DNA from: Zygnema circumcarinatum SAG 698-1b
Taxonomy: Eukaryota > Plantae > Zygnematophyceae
Reading direction: 5' to 3'
Assembly: GCA_037447605.1 (NCBI GenBank)
Contig: CM074809.1
Span: forward strand, 486,689-550,688
Length of the DNA: 64,000 nt
The position numbers and the translations under genes were made by a program. The notes beneath the pieces are model-generated. The model did not search any database. It was not told the DNA's origin and saw only the letters and a program-made list of their open reading frames with translations. Shown here piece after piece: positions 23,586-34,959 of this stretch; position 1 is the first letter of the stretch, and every line of letters starts with the position of its first letter.

Positions 23586-25606
23586 TCAGACCCCTCCAGG
23601 CCCTGGCGATTGCAGGTAACCCCTCGTCCTCTTAGCCATCAAAACTCGCCTCTTTCTCCCAAGGAGCTTTGTGGACCATAGAGGGTCCAGATCGAGCGCC
23701 AAGTAGCCTGCCTTTTGGTACAGTCTGCGCGCAGCAATGTTGTCCTCATGAACGTGAAGCACAAGGTACTCAAACTGCCACTCTAAAGCCCTCACTTCCA
23801 CAGCCTCCAATAGCACTGTGGCTACCTTAGCCCGCCTGCACCAAAAATCAACAAGAGAATCACACATCAGTGATGTTGCAGGACCTTTGGTCAAGAGTTG
23901 ATTAAGGAATGGAAGGGCCCAAAAGCACAAAGACATTAGGGGAGCGGTTCGTGGGTCAAAACGGAGAAGTTACCGCGCCTCTGATGTGACCGCCATGCCG
24001 CTGACGTAAAGGTACTCCTCCACATCCCTCAGCTGCCGCAGCACCTCTGCGTCTCTCAGAGCTGTCAAATCGACTACCCCAACTGCACCCAACTCAGAGG
24101 ATTCAGGGCCTGCATCCTCCATGGGAGCAGGCACCGCCATGAGGCAGGCATACCTGCATAGATACATGGCAATAGCATAAGGAAAGACGTAATGTAATGA
24201 ATCGACAATGTAATAGGTCTTGAGTTTAAATCAAGACATCTTCTGAAATCTGAACAAGCCTGAGTTTAACAGGAAGCAACTAGCCTTTGCGTGATCGAGA
24301 CAGAGTGACCAAATGCCAAAAACCGACCAGAGGGTATATATAAAGTGGGAAATGCCTACCGGTTCGGCGGCGAATATCTCACTTTTTGAAGAAGACTGTC
24401 TAAGACTTCTGCCTGCAACGACCCAGTCCGCAAGCATACATCAAGTTTTCTCATTTTCTTCAAATCACTACTTTACATGCACAAAACCAAATACAGACCT
24501 AGCACAGAACAAGCTCGCTACTGCTTAACCTTTTCAACATGTCTGAACTACTGTTCAGGAAAAATGAGCGTAAATGTTGACACACATAGGTGGCTGGATC
24601 AAGCTAGATATACTTATTAATAAATAAAAGTACTAGAGGAAGGAGACAAAGCCCACAAAAAGAGACCTTTAAGAGGCTTCAAAGGAGCGGTCGAATAAGA
24701 CAAAAGTTGATGACCGATCCAAAGATAAAGTTATAGGAAGATATCACAAAAACAAGCTTTAATCGCTGCTCAGGAGGGCAGGAGACGGCATACCTTAAAC
24801 AAATCGTAAAAAAACCCATCAAGGGGAGAAAGCGCAGAAGGCTCAAAAAACACTTCCGCTTGAACGGACGCAACGGCTCGGAAATCCGCTTCTCCCTCTG
24901 CGTCTCTCACACTCCATCCATGCCCACTCGCCAGCTGTCCCTCCCTCCCGCTTCCGTTACTCCCTAACCCGATTGCAAAATCCTCCATGGAGTGTTCACC
25001 CCCTGCGTCAATGCCAGATGCCCCTGTATTACAAACCCTAATTTCTACTTGTTCAGCCGCTTCCGCGCCTTTTCCAGCAAATCGAGACTCTGCCTCCGCA
25101 TGAAACAGAACATCCTCCTCCTGCCCTGCAGAATGCGCCCCATTCTCTTCGACTTCCGTCAAAGAAGTCACACTTTCTGACTCCTCCCTTGCGTTGCTCT
25201 TCATATCTGGCTCGGAAATGTTGCCGAGGTCTGCATTCCCGACGGCAGAGCTGCACAGCCATGGCCATGGCTTCCTTGAAGCTGCAGCTGCAGCTGCAGC
25301 TTGCAGACTCCACCATTCAAAAAAGGATTCTCTCAAGGGAAGAGCGAGCTTCCCTCCTCTTGCCCTAATCTGCCCCTCCACGTGTCCTTCCACCAGCAGA
25401 GGCTCCTCAAGAGGGGAGCGCCTCCCGGCCTCCGTCTGCATCCGCTGCAGGAGGCTCTTCTTCAAGGGTGCCCCATGGCTGCCACGTGAATCCGAGTGCC
25501 ACGTGGCAAGCCTCTGCTTAGGTTGCAGGAGGGAGCGGGAGGGCGGGGGGAAGACGCAAGGGAAGGCAGCCGCCGCCATGCGGTCGGCGCAGGAGCTTCC
25601 GGCCAT
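23586..25606 (-). CDS. GNAT-family N-acetyltransferase, resembling plastid GNAT10 (At1g72030), 4 exons, about 431 aa
   Basis: Exons 25606-24794, 24412-24360, 24153-23974 and 23835-23586 join in frame to give YDLFK-AEVLDSLLQKVRYSPPNR-YACL..EEYLYVSGMAV..RRAKVATVLL..HEDNIAARRLYQKAGY..GRKRRVLM. The N-terminus resembles a transit peptide. Confidence 0.88.
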
Positions 25607-25641
25607 GGCTGCCGGGGGGGGGGGGGGGCACNNNNNNNNNN

Positions 25642-26998
25642 GACAGAGTGACCAAATGCCAAAAACCGACCAGAGGGTATATATAAAGTGGGAAATGCCT
25701 ACCGGTTCGGCGGCGAATATCTCACTTTTTGAAGAAGACTGTCTAAGACTTCTGCCTGCAACGACCCAGTCCGCAAGCATACATCAAGTTTTCTCATTTT
25801 CTTCAAATCACTACTTTACATGCACAAAACCAAATACAGACCTAGCACAGAACAAGCTCGCTACTGCTTAACCTTTTCAACATGTCTGAACTACTGTTCA
25901 GGAAAAATGAGCGTAAATGTTGACACACATAGGTGGCTGGATCAAGCTAGATATACTTATTAATAAATAAAAGTACTAGAGGAAGGAGACAAAGCCCACA
26001 AAAAGAGACCTTTAAGAGGCTTCAAAGGAGCGGTCGAATAAGACAAAAGTTGATGACCGATCCAAAGATAAAGTTATAGGAAGATATCACAAAAACAAGC
26101 TTTAATCGCTGCTCAGGAGGGCAGGAGACGGCATACCTTAAACAAATCGTAAAAAAACCCATCAAGGGGAGAAAGCGCAGAAGGCTCAAAAAACACTTCC
26201 GCTTGAACGGACGCAACGGCTCGGAAATCCGCTTCTCCCTCTGCGTCTCTCACACTCCATCCATGCCCACTCGCCAGCTGTCCCTCCCTCCCGCTTCCGT
26301 TACTCCCTAACCCGATTGCAAAATCCTCCATGGAGTGTTCACCCCCTGCGTCAATGCCAGATGCCCCTGTATTACAAACCCTAATTTCTACTTGTTCAGC
26401 CGCTTCCGCGCCTTTTCCAGCAAATCGAGACTCTGCCTCCGCATGAAACAGAACATCCTCCTCCTGCCCTGCAGAATGCGCCCCATTCTCTTCGACTTCC
26501 GTCAAAGAAGTCACACTTTCTGACTCCTCCCTTGCGTTGCTCTTCATATCTGGCTCGGAAATGTTGCCGAGGTCTGCATTCCCGACGGCAGAGCTGCACA
26601 GCCATGGCCATGGCTTCCTTGAAGCTGCAGCTGCAGCTGCAGCTGCAGCTTGCAGACTCCACCATTCAAAAAAGGATTCTCTCAAGGGAAGAGCGAGCTT
26701 CCCTCCTCTTGCCCTAATCTGCCCCTCCACGTGTCCTTCCACCAGCAGAGGCTCCTCAAGAGGGGAGCGCCTCCCGGCCTCCGTCTGCATCCGCTGCAGG
26801 AGGCTCTTCTTCAAGGGTGCCCCATGGCTGCCACGTGAATCCGAGTGCCACGTGGCAAGCCTCTGCTTAGGTTGCAGGAGGGAGCGGGAGGGCGGGGGGA
26901 AGACGCAAGGGAAGGCAGCCGCCGCCATGCGGTCGGCGCAGGAGCTTCCGGCCATGGCTGCCGGGGGGGGGGGGGGGCACAGAGGGGGGAGGAGTGCC
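25642..26998. repeat. Gap-flanked duplicate of about 24299-25631 (GNAT exons 1-2), probably an assembly artefact
   Basis: Near-identical copy bounded by N runs at 25632-25641 and 26999-27008; the noticed difference is one extra GCTGCA unit. Confidence 0.85.
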
Positions 26999-27028
26999 NN
27001 NNNNNNNNCACAGAGGGGGGAGGAGTGC

Positions 27029-27698
27029 CACGTGGGCGTCGTACGGAGTGATGCTACGTGGCAAGACTTGCGAGCGACACGTTGCGGCCGCCTCGCAAGG
27101 GGGAAGAGCGGGAAGGGTTGAACCGCTCACAGGTGCGAAAGTTATAGGATCCACTCTTGGCGGGTTTAGAATTTCAGCTAATCAGTAATCGACACGTGGA
27201 CAAAGATCACTGTATGCGTCTTGTTGCTGGTTTTGGGCGAGTTTAACCTTTGCCACGTGGCGAGAAAAAATGCTCTGCGTATTTTATTAAGGATAGGAAA
27301 ATGATATTTACACACCTTTTATTTCTAGAAACACACCGGTCAGATTATATTTTAGGGTTTTATGGTATTGGGGGTGATTTTAAAGGAGTGTATGTAGAAA
27401 AAAAAGGTGTGTGCATATTAATTTCCTAAAAATGTTTAACCAATGGGGGTCGGCCACGTGTACACAAACTCGATTTCAAAAACTTGCCAGCTCATCAATG
27501 TTCTTGGTTTCTGGGCAGACCGAATAATTGTGAAGGCATTGAACTGTCAGATTTGATATTTTTCGAAGCGATCTTATTGGCCGAAACAACTAAACAATTT
27601 TATCATTCTAACAAACCTGGTTTTCTTCAAAAAACCAGGTTGTACGAACTCAGCAAATTTCCAATAGGAGTTCGCCACGTGTAACATTATGACACGTG
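27029..27698. promoter_or_regulatory. G-box/ABRE cluster in the divergent GNAT / coiled-coil intergenic region
   Basis: CACGTG at 27029, 27193, 27254, 27455, 27676 and 27693, plus TACGTGGC at 27055. Confidence 0.55.
27296..27426. mobile_element. Small MITE-like element (131 bp) flanked by TA
   Basis: TA|GGAAAATGATATTTACACACCTTTT ... AAAAGGTGTGTGCATATTAATTTCC|TA. A degenerate relative lies at about 60900-61030. Confidence 0.55.
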
Positions 27699-27930
27699 GC
27701 GAATCCTCATTGGGTGGCTTCCCAACCTCCGTGAAGGCCCTACCAACGTCATCATTGCGCCTCTCAAACCGCCTCTCCTGCGCTCTTTTTCAGCGGCAAA
27801 CTGAGCAAAAGGAGCAGTTTTTGCAGCTTGCTATGAATCTGGAGACATTCTTCTTCATGAGCAAACAAGGAATTCTTAATTTGAATCCTACTTCGCAAAC
27901 CTAGGTCGCCCAAGAATCGCAATCAATCAA

Positions 27931-28030
27931 TAACCCTAATCTTAAACCTTACCCTTCCCCTAATCTCAGCCTTAGCCCCAACCCTAATCTTAACCCTAAC
28001 CCTAACCTAACCTAACCCTAACCTTAATCC
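27931..28030 (+). repeat. Degenerate telomere-like (TAACCC)n tract about 50 bp upstream of the coiled-coil gene
   Basis: TAACCCTAACCCTAACCTAACCTAACCCTAACC at about 27991-28024 plus flanking variants. Confidence 0.8.
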
Positions 28031-28080
28031 AGAGTGGAGCTCCGCCTCGCCTTCCGCCTAGACTGCGCCTCCTCTCAGCC

Positions 28081-31000
28081 ATGGCTTCCTCCACTGCCGC
28101 CGATGATGCCGACTCCCTCTTTGAAGGTATGGAGTTCGTCGACCCCATAGCGGAAGATCTCGCCGCCGACATCCGCCATGGCGAAGAGCTCCCAGAGCTT
28201 CAAGCAGAAAAAGATTCAGACCCTCTGAAGGAAGACTCAACAGAGCCCATCGGAAAGGAAGAAGTAGAGCCCTCTCCCTCCCCTTCTTCTCCCTCTGCTG
28301 ATGCGCAGTCGACGTCAGCCCCAGCCATGGCTGCGTCGGAGAAGGCTTCCTCCATTGGATCTGTTTCTGCCGTCCTCATTGGCCCCCTCGACGAGAGCCT
28401 CTTTTCAGGACTGAGCGTTGCTGCTGGTGAAGAAGGAGCAGCAGCAGGAGCTCCTGAGGCTCCTTCTGCAGATGTTGCAGAGATGGCCACCTCCTCCTCT
28501 TTCAGTGGAGCGAGCTCCTCCGTCGATTCTTCGAGTGAAACGAAGCTCTCGGCGGAGCCGGTAGCCGCTAACTCTGCGCAAATGGCTGGAGAAGAGGTGC
28601 CAGCTGTGCGCTCACATGTGCTGAGAAAGAAGAAGCGGAGCATGAAGGTGGGGTATGGGAGAGATGCGGAGGAAGGGGAGGAGGTTTTCCAGGGGAAAGG
28701 TACACATTTGGGGGGCTCGGGAAGTGGGCCTAGTTCCGATGTTTCCACGGTTTATGAAGCGGGGAGCGCTTTGGAAACAGTTGTTGCTTCTGAAGAGAAA
28801 TTGAGTGAAAAGGGAAAAAATGGGGAAGTGGGAAGCGATATTGTGGGGTATGGCATTGTGGGTGGGGGCAATGGAGTGAAAGCTAGTGAAGGAGGGGCAG
28901 AAAGTGGGGACGGAGGTATCCAGAATGTTGATAGTGGGAATAGAGAAAAGATAAAAGAGAGTGAGGTGGCAGCAGGAGTTGACGATGTAGAGGTTAAAGA
29001 TAACGCAGAGAAATCTGAGGAAACAGTGGCTTTAGGTGACGATAAAATACTTCCTGATGTTGAAGGAGAAGGCCCTGCTCTAGCAGGTGAGTCAGATGGA
29101 GGTGTGGACGTAGCTGAGTCTCTGCATGAGGTGAATGGTCCCTCTACGCTGGATTTGAGAGAGGACGTGAAAGTGGAACAATGCGAAGGAATTGCGGAAG
29201 AAGTTGTATCGAACATGGAACAGGAAGTTATCCATAACTTGCCGCTGGAAGCTAGGGTTTCTGCTATCAAGGGTGGGGTGCAGGCAAAAGTGTCTGCTTT
29301 GAAAGCAAAAGCGTCGTCCCTTCTCGCAACCCGTCAGGTGGCAGTTCAACAGAGACGACAAGCAGCTAGGAAAGTGCTTGAAATAGCAGTGAGGGTGAAG
29401 GAGCTGGAAACAAGTCTTGCAGAAGCTTGCGATAAAGAGGACTTTGAGGCAGCAGATAGCTTGAGTCAGTTGATGGACATGGCGGAGAAGGACGCGCAAG
29501 CTGCGGGAGATGAAGCGCGATTAGCGGAAGAGGAATGTGATACGATTACGGCTAAGATTCAGGAAGCAGAGGAGGAGGAAATTACTGTGGAGTTGGAAGG
29601 GACACGCCTTCTGCAGGCTGTGCAAGAGGCAAGTTTGAGGTCTCTTTTGAATGTGGCCGGGTCAGTTACGATGAAGGGTAGGAGAACGCCGAGTCGTTCG
29701 TTTGAAAGAAGAAAAACATTTACGTAAGCTGATGAGAATTGAGATATATATATACATGAGGTGGTGATACCTGTTTAAGTGTTAAGACTGAGCATTCTAA
29801 AGCTGAAGAATATCCCTCACATTTCTTTTTATTTCTTTGGTTTTTTTGTGCGCTCACAGGAAGCAAGGGAACAAGCGAAGAGTGTGAAGGAAGAGGCCAT
29901 GACTGTTGCAAGTGCGGAGCTGGAGAGGCTCTCAGCAGAGGAGGATGCCATAGAAGTGAAGAGACGAAAGGTGACTTTGGAACAACGCATTATGGACGAA
30001 GAGGTGGCAGAGCTGAACAAGAAAGTGGAAGAGTCAACCATGTCAGAGAGTGCCGAGAAAGCAGTTCTGATGCAGGAAAGGGAGGTAATGGTGGAGGCCT
30101 TGGAAGAGATAAAACGACAACTGGCAGCAAAAGAGGCAGAGATTTCCGTGCAGGATAAGAAGATCACAGCAGTTGTCCACAAGATCGAACTTGTCGCTGC
30201 GAAATTTGAGAAGTTGAAGTCAGGACTCGGGGTGGAAGCGGAGAGAGTAGCTGCTGCAAGAGGGGAGGTAGAAGCCGAAGTAGAGAGATTGCAGGCGGAG
30301 AAATCTCGAGTGCAGGAGTTGAAAGTTAGGGCGGAAGAAGATGAGAAGATGTTAATGGAAGTGGCAGAAATCGCAGAGAAGGAGGCGAAAGTGCTGAAGC
30401 TGGCGGCTGAAGGGAGAAGGGCCATTGCTGCTGCTGCGGTGGCTTTGAGGGAGAAGATGGGAGAGCTCGCAGCGAGAGAGAGAGCCGTTGTAGAGGAGAG
30501 CCAATCGTTGAGACAGAACGCCGCGGAGTTGAAGGCGTCCTTGCAGGTAAACTTTCTACGTTAATAGCACCATGCTGATTGAACCACATCGAGGGTTAAG
30601 ATGTCTCAATCCATTAGGGAAGGTTCTTCTTTGGGCCCTTTTTTTGCTCGTTCTTCCTTTTACATTGTATTCTTCTTATGGTTCTCATCTTTATACTTAT
30701 GTAGCAACGTTCCATTGGTTGCAGGAGCTGGCTGTTTCACGGACGAAACTGCAACAAGGTAAAGCAGCTGCTCAGCAGCGCGTGTCATTCGCTGAAAAAA
30801 GAGTACCGGAATTGGAGTCCGAGAAACGTCTCGCTGCCGTTTCGCGAAATTTTAAAGAAGCTGCCCGCCTCTCGGCAGAAGCAAAGCTTCTAACGAACGA
30901 CAAGGAGGCGGCGGCTGCAGAACTGCAGACTTTGTCGGCAGACTTAGAATTGTTGGAAAGAGAGGAATGTGCCAAGGCCATCCAAGTGAGTGAGATGGAC

Positions 31001-31264
31001 GAGGCCTTGATGCTGAGTGAGAGAGAAATGGCAATGGCGAGATGTGAGAGGTTGCGGCTTGTGGCAGCAGCAGCGAGGAAAGAGATGGAGGCGGCGGCAG
31101 AGTTGGAGGACTTTGAAGAGGCGGAGACGCTGAATGCGGAGGCGGAGGCGGCAGATAAGGAGGCGGATGAGTTGCAGAGGATGCATACCCTGGAAGGAGA
31201 GAGGTTTGCAATTCTGGAAGAGGAGGGAGGGAGAGGCTTGGAAGGGGCCGATGGTAGGGGCTGA
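28081..31264 (+). CDS. UVR(uvrB/C)-motif coiled-coil protein resembling At5g25070, 3 exons, about 924 aa
   Basis: N-terminal DSLFEGM, KKKRSMKVGYGR, ACDKEDFEAA and RNFKEAARL motifs. Exons 28081-29628, 29860-30546 and 30725-31264; intron 1 uses a GC donor (AG|GCAAGT). The exact C-terminus is uncertain. Confidence 0.8.
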
Positions 31265-31450
31265 GTAGTGCTGGGCTTCCTTAAAGGTCATTCGGCCGGA
31301 TGATGGGGCGTGTGGAGATAGGGGCAATTGGTAGTCGGTCTCAGAGCTGGTGATCGGTTGTGAAGGATGGCGGAAACGAAGTGTCCACGTGAGATGAGAG
31401 CCGCTGAAAAGGTAAGGTTCCCCACCCCTCCCTCCCCCCCCCTCTCTCTC

Positions 31451-31482
<32 letters not shown>

Positions 31483-33020
31483 CCCCTCCCTCCCTTTCTC
31501 CCTCTCCCTCTCTCTCCGCTTGGGCTCTGCTCCCTGCCTTCTTCCCCCCTCCCCTTTCATCTCCCTTTACCGCTTTCTCCCCCNNNNNNNNNNCCCCCCC
31601 CCCCCCCCCCCCTCCGAGCTCCCTCCCTCCCTTCCCTCCCTCCCCCAACACCTTGCATTGTTCTTCGCAAACGCGTCCTATTTCTTAACACAGATCTAGT
31701 AGATGCGCCGCTCCTCCCCCCTCCCCCCCCTTCCCCCCGCCAGTTCTTATTGAATTTTAAACCGTCTTTTTCTTCTCGCCCTCTCCCTCTCCCCTCTGTA
31801 CAGATTCTCAAATCTCTACGAGCACCTTCCAAAATGGTCTGTGCGCAAGCTGTGCCCTTCCCTGCGCCGTCAGAGCCGTCCCTTCACTTCCACAGAACAC
31901 GCTCTAGATCTGTGATGATTGGTTCTGAGATAGAGTCACGTTGCCAGCATGTGTTTGTAGTCTGAAACTACAGACATCAACACATGCATGTATGGTTTTC
32001 AGCTACAGTCACATCACTGGATGCGGTTGTGGTCTTAGGCTTGAGGCACATCACAGCCTGCATTCGTGGTACTGAGATATAAGCGCATCACTGCGTGTAT
32101 TCAGACTTTCGCAGGAAATGTACGTTGAGAAGCTGATGCTTTCTCCATTTGTGTTTGGGTTATTATCGGCAAACCTTCAAATTCAAAATTCAGAAGTGAA
32201 ATCAAAGTGAAACTTTATCCATGTCTGTCCCGATCCACATCTTTTCGTGATGTACGCCAGAATTTTCACTTTTTCTGTTCTCTTTCAGTGTTCAGACTTG
32301 TCATTGAGTGATCGAGTACTCCACAGGGCAGTTCAGCGATTGGTTGTGGGTTTGTGGTGACAGAACAGAACACCACGCTTGAATTTCCATGTCAAGACGA
32401 GCTGTAACTCAGTTCAACAGAAGGCACAAAGTACTTTTTCCATGTATTCAGCAATCTCCGAAAATACAGCGGAAGAAAGTTCAACACCTCTTTTGAAAGC
32501 AACAAGACTTTTCTCCTCCTTGTCAGTATGCAAAGCAAAGTACATAAAAGCCGCCTCTGAAACCCTACTCCTGGAAGTGTGCTCTCTAGGTTCTGAGATC
32601 GGCAATAAGGGAAAAAAAAAACGACCGACCAACCGTCGCAACCAAACTTTGGCAACCTTTTTGCATCACAGCTGTCCACGAAAGCCTGTCTCCTCCAAAA
32701 AAACATGGCTACTTTTTCCTCACGAAATCCATTTACACCATCCTACACCTGTACACGTGAAATTCCAACTTCGTTTTTTGGGTTGCGAGATACCGGACCC
32801 CTTCTTCCAAGCAGGATTCTGCTTTGCTTTGCAGCTTTTCTTATGGCCAAAACGTTCAAGCCACAGCCGTGGCGCGAGCTTCCTCTGTACATTCGTGGTC
32901 GCTTGCAGCAGGCAATCAACTCTTAGAAGATTCTACAATCGCGTCCACCCCTGTGGGATTGAAGATGTGGGCCGTGCGAGGTGGCGGAACTGGTACCCGT
33001 GCCACGCACAGCAGCCTTTG

Positions 33021-34270
33021 CTAGGGCAGCAAAAGGACGTCACCTGCCCAACATCGAACAAGAGGTCTAAAGTGAGGCGGAGCTGACATGAATAGGGCTC
33101 GTCAACGATCAGCATCCAGAGAAACTTCAAGGCATGGCCCAAAAAGAGCCTGCTGCGACTGCAACAGAGAAACAAAAAGATAATCCGTTAACGTTTTTCA
33201 TACCAGGAAATATTTGATCAGGGTTTTCCACGCTGTTCATCTTCAATATGTCATCAACTGTCGTCGAGTACTCCTTTGCAATCTTGGAGAGCGTGTCACC
33301 CTGATATGAACCACCCCATCAGCTTTCAATATCAGCTGCCATCCACCTACTTTCTGGCATGCCTCTGAAAAAATTGACCAATCCATTACAAAGGACACGA
33401 CGAAGATTACATGCCAAACAGAACAACTACTTCCACGGACGACTACAATCTAAACCAAATCCCCTCAACACCCACCTTCTGAATTGTGTGCGTCTTTGGT
33501 ACCCATATTGTCTGACCAGGTTGTAGTGTGGTCGACTTCAGAGCATTCGCCTGCAAAAACACAAAAACATGAACAGAGATATGAGCCAATGTATCTTTCA
33601 TGAGACCGATCTCCGAGGTAATTTTGAACACCATCAAAAGCACCATGAATTGTACGAGATCGGCAGACACTTCATCTGCAGCTAATCATATCAACCATAA
33701 CAGTTTCCAACACTGCCAAAGAAGGCAAATCGTGCAAAGCATGCAGAACCTGACCTCACGAAGAACTTCAATCGTTGTTCCCATGCTTCTGGCAATGCTG
33801 CTCAGACTGTCTCCGCTCTGCACTTCATACACGCGGTCACCTCCTGAACTAAGCCCTTTTGCAGCAGCCGCTGGAGAAGCATCTGCAGCACATAGACTCA
33901 GCGCCGCACAGCACAAGAGAGCAACCATACCTGCAATAAGCATTCAAATCTTGCTCTGAGAAGCTTCCATCCCAGCTGTACTGCCGCCACCAAACCTATG
34001 CCAGCAACATTCGCATGGGGTCCACGCATAGGCTGAACGCTGACTGCATGCACCAACTTTCTACAGATCAACAGAGAAGGTGGAATTACCGGATCCAAGC
34101 TTGCGAAGCGAATCATCGGCATCGTACCCTTTCTTCCAGACCGTCGCCCCCGTTCCAACTGCAGCGGCTGCTGATTTCAAGAAGCGAAATGGGCCCCTGC
34201 AATTATACATCCTTAAGGCGTTCAGTTTCGCAGCCAAAATTCTTCCAACCTTCCAACTGGCAGGAGACAT
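33021..34270 (-). CDS. Tandem 2xLysM protein with a transit-peptide-like N-terminus and a hydrophobic segment, 5 exons, about 183 aa
   Basis: Exons 34270-34090, 33930-33755, 33550-33476, 33300-33204 and 33043-33021 join in frame. LysM1 is YEVQSGDSLSSIA..LQPGQTIWVP; LysM2 is HTIQKGDTLSKIAKEY..IFPGDVLLLP*. First exon and start codon are less certain. Confidence 0.8.
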
Positions 34271-34384
34271 CTTCACAAGCTCAAGGTCTACAGACGACTC
34301 ATAATCTCTATGTCAACCTTCACTACGTTGGCATGCACCACATCATAGCCTTTGCAATCAGCAACCAGCCGAACACTGCCATGA

Positions 34385-34888
34385 CTAGAAGACACATTCC
34401 GCGTACTCTTCATGATCCTCCAAGAAGGATTGGCGGTCGGACGTTGCAGATGAGACTTTACTCAAGCGGCTGACGCCAATACGAGAGGAAGCGCCGCGAG
34501 AAGCAGGAACAGGAGGAGGTGGCAGAGGAGGAGAGCACACAATTGGGGCCTTCCTGGCAACATTCGACTGTTTTGATATCATCACTCTGCTTCCAGGATG
34601 GCTGCCGGACTGCAACGCCACTGCCTTGGCCCGATGCAGCCTGCACCGGAAGGAGCCGGGGTGGCTGGTGGGGGCGCACAAGCAGGAGCGCGCAGGAGCC
34701 TTCTTGCTTGGACTGGAAGGGATTCCCATGCTGCTCTTGCTGCCGGCGAAGAGAGGGACTTCGGCTGGTGGGGATGCAGCGGCGGAGGGGTGCTTGGTAT
34801 GCATGTGAGTGTTGGAGCTGTCCTTGAGAGCGCTTGAAGCGATGGCTTGGGACTTGAGCACAGACTTCAGTAAGTTTGGAGAATGCAT
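34385..34888 (-). CDS. Plant serine-rich protein (At5g25280-like family), about 167 aa
   Basis: Conserved CLCAPTSHPGSFRCRLHR motif and C-terminal SRLSKVS. ATG at 34888 follows a CT-rich leader. Confidence 0.75.
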   Translation of the reverse strand: MHSPNLLKSVLKSQAIASSALKDSSNTHMHTKHPSAAASPPAEVPLFAGSKSSMGIPSSPSKKAPARSCLCAPTSHPGSFRCRLHRAKAVALQSGSHPGSRVMISKQSNVARKAPIVCSPPLPPPPVPASRGASSRIGVSRLSKVSSATSDRQSFLEDHEEYAECVF

Positions 34889-34918
34889 TCTTGCAGCAGC
34901 GTATGGCAGGCAGAGAGA

Positions 34919-34959
<41 letters not shown>

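Noticed and set aside
28200-30425. Long antisense Ser/Ala-rich ORFs opposite the coiled-coil gene, and likewise opposite the RLKs
   Set aside because: Shadow frames caused by the codon bias of the sense genes.
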